The notes under the pieces are model-generated. The model saw only the letters and a program-made list of their open reading frames with translations. It had not been told where the DNA came from and made no database searches. A program made the translations under genes and the position numbers. Source: a virus (lineage: Duplodnaviria > Heunggongvirae > Uroviricota > Caudoviricetes). From it: a stretch of 64,000 bases of DNA. This document shows positions 56,010 through 64,000 of the stretch, one piece after another. Numbering within the stretch: position 1 is the stretch's first letter; each line of letters begins with the position of its first letter. Location: positions 96,001 through 160,000 of the IMG/VR virus record IMGVR_UViG_3300021400_000141. One strand, written 5' to 3'.

Positions 56010-57164
56010 TTATTTTTTCTTGGTTTGTTTAGATTTTTTTACAGAAACAACGGGTTTCCCAGTTCCCTGAATGATTGTTTTTATCTTACTCCAGGTGTCC
56101 TCGTTGGTGTGGGCCAGCTTCGTAAACCAATCAGGTTTGTCGTTTTGGAGAACTGCGGGTTTGATGTAATTCTCGTAAGCATCGGCAACATGTTCCACCG
56201 ACAGACGGTCATACAGGTAGTAAAGATTGGTGATGATAGTGCTCTTCTCCTTTTCCATCGCAGGGTTGGATAGGAGTGTTATCATCGTCTTTGTCACATT
56301 CCTGCACAACTCGGTCTGATACACGTCGAGCATCTTGGCGACACGGCTTGCCGCAGCGATTGCCTTGGTGGCGTTGGTTTCCAGGAGGAAATTCTGCGGA
56401 TTGAACATCCGCTTCGTACACAACCAAGAGAAGAACGACAATGCCTCATTCGGGCCTAGATGGCTTGCAGCATCGCTCTGTATCAACGTAGGGTTCTGCT
56501 TGTAATCACCAAGACGAATGCCGTTAGTGTACATCTTCGAGAAGTTTTCCCACGCTCTCGGGTTGACCGTGTTTTCATCCTCAAAGAGGTCAACGTCGTC
56601 CATCTTGAACAGGTGTTCGTCAGTAGCCTGGTCAATATAGCTAATTATATCAGGGTGAATACCATGAGTTGTCGCCCATGCCAGCCAGTCACTCTTGCTA
56701 ACATCGATGTGAATTCTGGACATACGAGAGTACAATGCACGGTTCAGCTCGTCCACATCGTTACTGGCGATAGACGACGGGTTCATCGCACATATAACCC
56801 TCGAACCAGGTGCTAGCCTGTGACCAAGAAATTCCTGTTCCTTCGTACAAAGCTGCATGATAGCGTTGATGGTGTCCTTCTTGGCACGGTTGATTTCGTC
56901 AAGAAACAGCAGCACTGGCTTGTTGTGGGAAAGCCAGTCGGGAATGGTGTGCGAATGGACACCATTAACTTCCCTCAGGAGACCAGTGAGGTCACCCGTT
57001 TCACCAGCTTCGGCACAACGGAGCTTGACAAGTTCAAGACCCAGCGTTTGAGCAAGGTCAAAAACAAAATCAGTTTTACCAATACCAGGCTGCCCGATAA
57101 GGACACATGCCGTCTCGGGCGCAAGCCTCAGTATATGAGCCTTTGCCATTGAGAAGGTAGCCAT
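56010..57164 (-). CDS. MoxR-like AAA+ ATPase
   Basis: GQPGIGKT, GDLTGL, LFLDEINRA, VICAMNP, ALYSR and NPRAWE. Confidence 0.88.
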   Translation of the reverse strand: MATFSMAKAHILRLAPETACVLIGQPGIGKTDFVFDLAQTLGLELVKLRCAEAGETGDLTGLLREVNGVHSHTIPDWLSHNKPVLLFLDEINRAKKDTINAIMQLCTKEQEFLGHRLAPGSRVICAMNPSSIASNDVDELNRALYSRMSRIHIDVSKSDWLAWATTHGIHPDIISYIDQATDEHLFKMDDVDLFEDENTVNPRAWENFSKMYTNGIRLGDYKQNPTLIQSDAASHLGPNEALSFFSWLCTKRMFNPQNFLLETNATKAIAAASRVAKMLDVYQTELCRNVTKTMITLLSNPAMEKEKSTIITNLYYLYDRLSVEHVADAYENYIKPAVLQNDKPDWFTKLAHTNEDTWSKIKTIIQGTGKPVVSVKKSKQTKKK

Positions 57165-57167
57165 AAT

Positions 57168-58448
57168 CTATTGCAACATAAAGAGGGTTTGGGACGTAAT
57201 TTCCTTTCCGTTGGTCACAAAGATGTAACTGGAAGCAGGGAACGTCTCATGCAGTTTTTCAATACTGTATTCGTTAGGACCGACGATTGACGGGTTGAGG
57301 AACACAGGGATGCACTTTCCGCTGAGGAACCATTCGCCACCACGATGCCAGTGACCCATGATGGCCACGTCGAAATCAATGCCCATCTTCATGAACATGC
57401 CGTAGTCCTTGAAGTTGTCTCTGGTGACCGTGCTAATCGGGGAGCAGAATGCACCGCCGCCACGATATGCGTCACCGTGTTCAATCTTCCACTTCTGTTC
57501 ACCAATTACGGCAATGTCAGACGGTGCTTCGGAAACATGGACGGAAACTATCATATCGTCGGCAAATGCTTCCTCGATGAACTTGTACAGGATGTACTCG
57601 TAGTTATCGTATGCCTTGTTCTTGGCCTGCCATTTCTGGTTTGTACGGGAATGGTTACCAACGACGCAGTAAACATTCATCTTCTTGAACTGGCTTCTAA
57701 GGCTCTTGAAGGCGCCTACAATGAACTTGAAGTAGTCTACAAGGAGCTTGGTAAGCGGGCCAGCGTTAGTCTCTTTGAGTTCATCATGTATGTTTCCAGA
57801 GAAGAGGTCACCCAGCATGAGAATGTCAAGGGTTCCGCACTTGTTGTCACGGGCCATTTCGAGGGCCTTTTCAAAGAGCTTGAGGTGACGGGCCTTGGAA
57901 ATATCGGGATTGTACTCGTTAATTCCATGGGTGCTTGCACTTGGAACGACTTCGCCATAGTGTGCATCCGAAATGGGGAGAACCAGGTGGTTATCGCCGT
58001 CGTTAGCCTTCTTGACATTGATGTAGAACTTGTCGTATTCGACTTCGGTAAGCTCTGTTTTCAACGCATCGGCCAACTCGGTTGCAACATATGAACGAAC
58101 CCTGAGCTTGTTGTTTTCGGCACGGAGGCTGTTCAACTGTTTCTTTAAGTAGGTGTTTTCACTTTCCTTACGGTCTTCGACAGGGTCTTCCTTGTCCTGC
58201 GGATACTGAGGGACATTTTCATCCTTGCTCAAAGCCGCATTGTAAGTGTTGAATCTTTCGGAAAGTCTGTCAAAGCGCTTGCGCAACGTATCCTTGGAGA
58301 TGCCGAGGCCAGCCTTGTCTATTTCTTTCTGTGCATTATCAAGTAGTTTCTGACGGTTCCAGCCATACTTCTGTGCTATCTTGAAGAGTTCCTTCTGTTC
58401 AGCATTCAGTGTGACTATGAACCCGCTTTCGGGGGTACTTGCCTTCAT
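57168..58448 (-). CDS. Metallophosphoesterase with N-terminal helical/coiled region
   Basis: ISDAHYGE, LGDLFSG, VGNHSR, EHGD and MGHWH. Confidence 0.85.
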   Translation of the reverse strand: MKASTPESGFIVTLNAEQKELFKIAQKYGWNRQKLLDNAQKEIDKAGLGISKDTLRKRFDRLSERFNTYNAALSKDENVPQYPQDKEDPVEDRKESENTYLKKQLNSLRAENNKLRVRSYVATELADALKTELTEVEYDKFYINVKKANDGDNHLVLPISDAHYGEVVPSASTHGINEYNPDISKARHLKLFEKALEMARDNKCGTLDILMLGDLFSGNIHDELKETNAGPLTKLLVDYFKFIVGAFKSLRSQFKKMNVYCVVGNHSRTNQKWQAKNKAYDNYEYILYKFIEEAFADDMIVSVHVSEAPSDIAVIGEQKWKIEHGDAYRGGGAFCSPISTVTRDNFKDYGMFMKMGIDFDVAIMGHWHRGGEWFLSGKCIPVFLNPSIVGPNEYSIEKLHETFPASSYIFVTNGKEITSQTLFMLQ

Positions 58449-58549
58449 ATTTAAAATCCCAACAATAGAGGGTTTAACTTCTATGCTGAAATATATGTTT
58501 TTTGAAAGCTACTCTGACAAAAAATTTTTAAATAGTGAATATCAAGCAT

Positions 58550-58712
58550 CAAATTCCGCCATTTGCCAGCAAGAACCACCGACGGGAGAACTCCCGAACC
58601 TGGTTGACCTTTAAAACGGCTTCACGGATTTCCCGTTCTATGTATCATTTTCAAGCCGCTAACCAGCAACTTGAATCGTTGGGCCCGCGTCACTTGTTGG
58701 CGCGGGGTTCGC
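58550..58712. other. GC-rich intergenic hairpin cluster
   Basis: Stems at 58574-58605, 58624-58636, 58650-58675 and 58684-58706. Confidence 0.45.
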
Positions 58713-58716
58713 GTTT

Positions 58717-59424
58717 TTACGGGCTATATGATGTATAGCTATGTTGTTCGTCAAAAAGACCGCGTACAATATCAAACAGCCCTACTTTATTGTCCGTCAA
58801 TCTTTTTACAGGTATCAAATGCGATTTTTCTACATTGTTTACATATAAAATAATTTCTTTTATGGCCGGTAGTCTATAATTTCCGCCTGTATCAGTGCAT
58901 CCTATTCTAACATAACGCACTCCATTAGTTGCAGCAGTTATATTGTAATTTACTCCATTTAAAACACACGATGTTTTATTTAATTCAAAATTATATAAAC
59001 CTTTTTGTATTGGGTTCATATAAGGTAAATATGTAGAGCCGTTTATTCTAAATCGCATATTATTGGCACCAGAGTGACCAAGTAGCTCAATCCAAATAGC
59101 ATTATCAATGCCAGCTATACCGGCAAAGTTTCCGTTAGTATCGGGAACGTCAAATCTCTCATAAAAAGATAATTTATAAGTAACCTCGTCTACATCGTAC
59201 GTTTGGCCTAAATCTATGATATTGTAGTTTGCATTATTTGGAATTACGCTTTCAACATTTTCAAAAAAATCGGATATACCGCCGCCGGTCGGTATAAGCC
59301 CAATAAGTTCCGGGCAATCGGCCAAGGCGGAACCGTCGGGAACCGTCACGCCCTTGTCGCTTATGGCCTGCAATATATTGGACTTTACTCCCTGCAACCT
59401 TGTTATTTCACTTGCAATACTCAT
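58717..59424 (-). CDS. Putative tail fibre/receptor-binding protein with AT-rich lectin-like C-terminal domain
   Basis: MSIASEITRLQ...GVTVP...IPTGGG N-terminal module, then a beta-rich domain ending LIPVKR..DNKVGLFDIV...F. Confidence 0.55.
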   Translation of the reverse strand: MSIASEITRLQGVKSNILQAISDKGVTVPDGSALADCPELIGLIPTGGGISDFFENVESVIPNNANYNIIDLGQTYDVDEVTYKLSFYERFDVPDTNGNFAGIAGIDNAIWIELLGHSGANNMRFRINGSTYLPYMNPIQKGLYNFELNKTSCVLNGVNYNITAATNGVRYVRIGCTDTGGNYRLPAIKEIILYVNNVEKSHLIPVKRLTDNKVGLFDIVRGLFDEQHSYTSYSP

Positions 59425-59437
59425 TACACACCCCCAA

Positions 59438-59677
59438 TTACAAAGCTGCAAGCAACGTTTCAACGTCACCAATTACCGCAGTAATAGCGGCATTTGTAAC
59501 GGGATTATTACTACTTGCATTTAACTCATTGTCAATTTTTTGCAAATTTTCTAATTTCAATTTTGCATTTCCACCCTCGAATGCTACCAGCAAGTAGCCA
59601 ACTGAAAGCAGCTGTTCCATGGTCTTCTCATCAAGTTGCAATACGGTTTTACCTTCATTTTTAGTTGATTGAGACAT
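59438..59677 (-). CDS. Small virion-associated protein
   Basis: IDNELNASSNNPVTNAAI resembles a motif common in tail-fibre-associated proteins. Confidence 0.55.
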   Translation of the reverse strand: MSQSTKNEGKTVLQLDEKTMEQLLSVGYLLVAFEGGNAKLKLENLQKIDNELNASSNNPVTNAAITAVIGDVETLLAAL

Positions 59678-62600
59678 TATCCCTCCAAAAGAATCGGACT
59701 ATTCGATTCGAGTAAAATTGGTTGACCAGATTCCATTAACAAAAATTTTCTTCTCGGTAACACCTCGTTATCGTTAAACATGCCCAAAGTAGGCTCGCCA
59801 AGGGTTCCGCCAGTCCTTGCACTGTTGCTAGGAATGTCAGCACCTGGGTATGCGCTACGGGCTGGCCTGATATGAAGCTTGATGTTCCAGAAGTTCACCT
59901 CTGGGACTGAGCCTTCCTTCGGGTCGCCGTTAGCATTCATCGGCGTTGAAATGCTTTCGTACAAGTTCCTGAACTTGACTGAATTATTCACCTTTCCATC
60001 GTCATCATACGGGAAGCTCTCCAACAAGAACGGAACGCAACCTGGGTTCATCTCCATAGGAGGAACCTCCACATAGCGTTTATTCATGGCATCCGTATAG
60101 TCGCTTCCGACACCACATGGCATCTGCCATAGGGGTTGTTCTGGGCATGCGGCGATATATTTATTGACACTGAACTTCTTGTTTTCTACGCCTGCACTCA
60201 TAGGAACACGGTTGGCGTACTCACTAGGGTTTCCGTAGGAGTAAGACTTTTCCGTATAGTCAAGCGTCTTCGCACCGTATAGAGGGGTCAGGTAGCAGTT
60301 AGGATATTGTCTGTAATCCTTCACTATCCATCTTCCCAACGATGACGAGAACATAGCCTTGACATGCACCCTTGTGTACATTCCCTTGAATACATTCCGT
60401 ATGAATTCGGATGCAACGTTTTCCAACGGGGTTGTCAACGACAGAGGTGCATACTGCGGGTCCGTACCACTGTCGGAAATAAAGTTGTACGTCATGTTGA
60501 CATCTTCAGTATCCTGCCCAGATACGGTTGCCAGGTCACAGTATTTGTGCTGTTCATGGTTTCGCAAAGAACCATGCCTATTGTATTCGTCAACTTCATG
60601 CACCTGAAGCAAATCACCATAAGGGCCACTGGGAGAAGTGACGTTGATTGCCCTGTGAGCATCATACATATGCAACGGCATTCCATTGGAATACATCGTA
60701 AGCATGGATTTCATGTACTCAACGGCGGGATTTTCATCGATACCCTCGTCTGGGATATTGACTGAAATCAGTTCGTCAGCAAGAGCCTTATCCTTAATTA
60801 CTCTATCGTTATATATTACCACCTTATCGGGTATGGCAAGAAGGGCTCGTTTAACGTCTTCGTCCGTCATTTTCGCAACGTCTCGTAAAGCACCCCTGTT
60901 CACATCAGGAAATGCAACACCGTCAGTTGACATCACGTGTGACATCGGATAGAACGGTTCCATGTCACGGTTGTCAAATTCACTCGCCTCGTCAGTAAGC
61001 CAAGATATTGACCTAAGACCTCTCTTTATGATAGGGAGCTCAAGCAACCCGTGAACGAATGCTCCATATTGGTTGCGTATCCGTTCGTTAGAGTCCGTAA
61101 TGAACAATTTGAACACACTGTTTTCCGCAGTGTAGTTGAACGGAACGTCACCATCAGCCTCATCTGCGTAATTATCCACAGTCCTTTGCGTTGTTCCAGA
61201 GTCATCTTTGAAATCACTATACCGTCTGTTACCGACCATAAACGGTCCGAACCCATCCCATTCTACGAACGGGTCAACATTCCTATCATAGAATATCCTG
61301 AAGTTGTCGCCGTAAGTGTACTCGTTCCAACCAGCATAGGCCAGATTTCTTTCTAGGCTTGCGTCAACACCAAGGCAGTAGTTGGGCAAATGAATCATCT
61401 TCGTTTCCCAATCATTAAGACGGTGGAGGTTATCAGTTCCTGACGTGGTTGGAGCTGGAGTATCAGAACCGTCTCCCCACTTAGTCGTCTTCTTGTCGTC
61501 CAACGTCCTTGAAGAGGTATATCCGACACGGGCTACCTTAAAGTCGCCGATAAGGTCATGGAACGCCTTTGTTGCACGACGTACGACATAGATATCATCC
61601 TTGTGTTCGTCATCCACATCAGCATCAAGTGTTTGTGGGAGATATACCCTAAGGAGTGAACCGAGAACGGAGTTTCCTTCTGCCGTGCCGTTGTTAGATT
61701 CGCAATAACGCAATTCTGATATCGGATGATATCCACGGAACATGCCGCTGATACCAGAATATACCCGTTCATTCATCTCAAACACAAGTCGTGTCAGCGG
61801 CTTGTCATCACCGTTAACATAGTCTACGTTGGCATTGGTTGTCAATCCCAAGTGACGAACACGGTTTCTGCCGTTAAGTCTCCAAGGGAATGTGTTTGTT
61901 GATGTCGGATAGATAGTGGCAATGATAGAATCATTGTCAATCAGTTTTGGCTCAGTATAATACTCCTTCAAATCTTCCAAAGTCTTTTCGGTATCAAACG
62001 CTCCACTATCTTCCGTATGCTCAGTCAATCCATCTTTGTCATCGACTGCCCTTACATCTACCATGCAGGTGGCGTCCTTGGAATACATTAACCATCGTCT
62101 GCTGTGAACGTCATACGGGAACGCCTTGTCAGTAACCTCTATCGATGTAAAGAAACCATGTATTGCGTCGTCTGGGTCGCTTGACACTGGAGATGAAAAT
62201 CCGAAAGTTGTTGTCTCTTCTGTTGTGTTTTTTGAGACAATGAGCTTTTCGTCCTCGTGACCTTCAAGTACGTCAAACTCAAGGAGGTCACCAACCACAA
62301 TATCAGTCGGGTCTACGTCAATGTCATAGAGTGGAACATCACCCTCAACCAGAGTCATGTTGTGTCTATCACCTTCGTACTCTACTACATAATAGCCATC
62401 ATATGGCTTTTTCAACTCCCTACCAAAATCAACCACAACAGACATTTCCTTTAATTCGGTAACTTTACCTATAACAGGGGTCATTACATCATATTTCAAT
62501 AAGATGTAATCACCCACCTTCGCAACCTCGTCCACAGTGTCGAACATTACCTTTGAATGGTCTTGGTTGACAAACGCACCATCATTCAATTGGTGAGTGG

Positions 62601-63990
62601 TTGCATTTCCAGAGAAACGGAAAGTCTTTGAACATTCATATCGGTTATACAGACCAAATGCGATTGACCCATTCCCTATATTGTACGGATGCTTCGGCAC
62701 AATCGTGAACGAATCACCTGACGTTGTTATCCCGCTATTCAATACGGCGTTGTTTGGAAGCGGCGTCTGCTTTCCAGACAAGATATACACCATAGGCTGG
62801 GACACATAGTCCGTAAAGCTTTTGAGTGCTTTCTTGACATTCGTATCTGTCTGACCAACAGTGCCAGGTTGAGTGACGACAGGAAGCGCAACATTTAGTT
62901 CAACCTCGGTTCCATCAGCGAGGTCAACCCCAGCAGGAAGATGAATAAAGGTCTTTCTAGGAGGGGTCTGCACCATGTTTTCCAAATACTGTTGGATAAC
63001 AAAAGTGTGACGCTCGCCAGACTTCTCTACTTCGAGGGAAATATTGTTATTTCCGCCAGTCAACTCTTCAGATGGATAATCCTCGTATTCATTAGTGCCA
63101 GCAGTTGACATTAGCCAATCATTCAGGACACCTATGTTATACGGACCCTGCTCGTCGGTATCAGGCGTTCCAGAACAATCACCCAATCCACTTGTATCCA
63201 AAACGTGGCCAAAGCCATCTATGATAACAGTCTTTCCAGCAACAGAGTGCACGATTGCACCACGGCTCAGGAACCATTTTACCAGCAATCCGTGAGAATC
63301 AACTGGATATTCTGCACCACGGAACTTGCCGCATTCAATAGCAGGCCCAAGCCTGTCACGCAGATAATCGGCAACTTCTTCATCGCTAACCCTGTTTCGA
63401 TAATGGTCACGCACGTTGTCGTTTTCTGTTCCGTCAAATGTAACCTCCTTGTCTGGGTCACATGTTTCCTCGTTAGATGTCTTGTACATCCAGGTGTAAT
63501 GTAGAATTCCTGAGCTGTCGCTGTCATCAACGAAAAGCTTGTATATACCGTTGTTGTCGGCACTGCCCGTAAACTTGATGAATAGCGGATGTTCATCATC
63601 AGTCTCCGTCCTCTCTGGGCGGAACGTTACCGTACATTCAATTCCTTCCTCAGCCGAAGGACTAATTGGTTCTATCGGAATGTGGTTATCTTTATCCAAC
63701 GTAAAGTCTCGGTTAAGCGACTCGTATGTAGACTCTTCTACCTTAATGGATACATAGCATCCTGTGGTAAAATTAGCATGCTCGCTAGAAATGATATATC
63801 CAGTTTCATCCTCAATTAGCTGGGCGGTAACAATGAACGTATCGTGGTCGCTGTCCGTACGGGGAAAGTCGAAATTGTCTTTAAATTCAAGAAAATAAAA
63901 GTTCTCTGGCTCATCCTTAGTCAAATCAGGCTTGACCAGCATCTCCGCACTGAACTTGGTCGGAGGTACTGAACCAGGCACACCAGGCAT
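59677..63990 (-). CDS. Large (1437 aa) putative virion structural protein
   Basis: Long uninterrupted ORF, acidic and beta-rich; C-terminal LLMESGQPILLES motif. Confidence 0.7.
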   Translation of the reverse strand: MPGVPGSVPPTKFSAEMLVKPDLTKDEPENFYFLEFKDNFDFPRTDSDHDTFIVTAQLIEDETGYIISSEHANFTTGCYVSIKVEESTYESLNRDFTLDKDNHIPIEPISPSAEEGIECTVTFRPERTETDDEHPLFIKFTGSADNNGIYKLFVDDSDSSGILHYTWMYKTSNEETCDPDKEVTFDGTENDNVRDHYRNRVSDEEVADYLRDRLGPAIECGKFRGAEYPVDSHGLLVKWFLSRGAIVHSVAGKTVIIDGFGHVLDTSGLGDCSGTPDTDEQGPYNIGVLNDWLMSTAGTNEYEDYPSEELTGGNNNISLEVEKSGERHTFVIQQYLENMVQTPPRKTFIHLPAGVDLADGTEVELNVALPVVTQPGTVGQTDTNVKKALKSFTDYVSQPMVYILSGKQTPLPNNAVLNSGITTSGDSFTIVPKHPYNIGNGSIAFGLYNRYECSKTFRFSGNATTHQLNDGAFVNQDHSKVMFDTVDEVAKVGDYILLKYDVMTPVIGKVTELKEMSVVVDFGRELKKPYDGYYVVEYEGDRHNMTLVEGDVPLYDIDVDPTDIVVGDLLEFDVLEGHEDEKLIVSKNTTEETTTFGFSSPVSSDPDDAIHGFFTSIEVTDKAFPYDVHSRRWLMYSKDATCMVDVRAVDDKDGLTEHTEDSGAFDTEKTLEDLKEYYTEPKLIDNDSIIATIYPTSTNTFPWRLNGRNRVRHLGLTTNANVDYVNGDDKPLTRLVFEMNERVYSGISGMFRGYHPISELRYCESNNGTAEGNSVLGSLLRVYLPQTLDADVDDEHKDDIYVVRRATKAFHDLIGDFKVARVGYTSSRTLDDKKTTKWGDGSDTPAPTTSGTDNLHRLNDWETKMIHLPNYCLGVDASLERNLAYAGWNEYTYGDNFRIFYDRNVDPFVEWDGFGPFMVGNRRYSDFKDDSGTTQRTVDNYADEADGDVPFNYTAENSVFKLFITDSNERIRNQYGAFVHGLLELPIIKRGLRSISWLTDEASEFDNRDMEPFYPMSHVMSTDGVAFPDVNRGALRDVAKMTDEDVKRALLAIPDKVVIYNDRVIKDKALADELISVNIPDEGIDENPAVEYMKSMLTMYSNGMPLHMYDAHRAINVTSPSGPYGDLLQVHEVDEYNRHGSLRNHEQHKYCDLATVSGQDTEDVNMTYNFISDSGTDPQYAPLSLTTPLENVASEFIRNVFKGMYTRVHVKAMFSSSLGRWIVKDYRQYPNCYLTPLYGAKTLDYTEKSYSYGNPSEYANRVPMSAGVENKKFSVNKYIAACPEQPLWQMPCGVGSDYTDAMNKRYVEVPPMEMNPGCVPFLLESFPYDDDGKVNNSVKFRNLYESISTPMNANGDPKEGSVPEVNFWNIKLHIRPARSAYPGADIPSNSARTGGTLGEPTLGMFNDNEVLPRRKFLLMESGQPILLESNSPILLEG

Positions 63991-64000
63991 ATATCCGCTT

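Noticed and set aside
58488-58520. Sixth sigma70-type promoter (TTGTCA...TATATT)
   Set aside because: Spacer is 19 nt rather than 17; plausible but not counted.
58550-59424. Complete diversity-generating retroelement
   Set aside because: No reverse transcriptase and no TR/VR pair differing at adenines within the window.
1-64000. Stop-codon reassignment as in some large gut/rumen phages
   Set aside because: Genes are intact and tightly packed in code 11, and TAA, TAG and TGA all end conserved genes.
1-64000. CRISPR array, tRNA genes, IS/transposase
   Set aside because: No spaced direct repeats, cloverleaf/T-loop signature or transposase motifs seen by eye; the TnsA-like fold at 53892 is the gp4 head completion protein.

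Overview
A 64-kb, densely coding segment of a large T4-like contractile-tailed (probably jumbo) phage in the standard genetic code, most likely infecting an anaerobe (class III RNR; the bacterial-type thyA resembles Fibrobacter ThyA from memory, which is unverified). It holds virion and packaging genes (1462-aa tail sheath, tail tube, neck, baseplate homologues, both terminase subunits, head completion nuclease), replication/recombination genes (clamp loader, gp47-like nuclease, UvsY-like, RuvC-like), nucleotide metabolism (thyA, folA, nrdD), an orphan adenine methyltransferase and a divergent sigma factor. No tRNA, rRNA, CRISPR array or transposase was seen. The main observations are: (1) a shared ~35-aa N-terminal signal on at least six otherwise unrelated late proteins, a candidate capsid-loading/processing tag; (2) an ArfA/BrfA-like small basic ORF cut by an internal terminator, giving a non-stop mRNA; (3) a dispersed galactofuranose-type glycosylation set (two DUF4422/GT111 genes, a degenerate Glf, two other GTs), three loci of which share an upstream motif; (4) a candidate +1 frameshift (CCC TTT CGG) fusing gp26-like and gp51-like ORFs; (5) three promoter classes, including a TATAAACT late box; (6) two structured non-coding regions. 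All family calls come from motifs read by eye, with no database searches.
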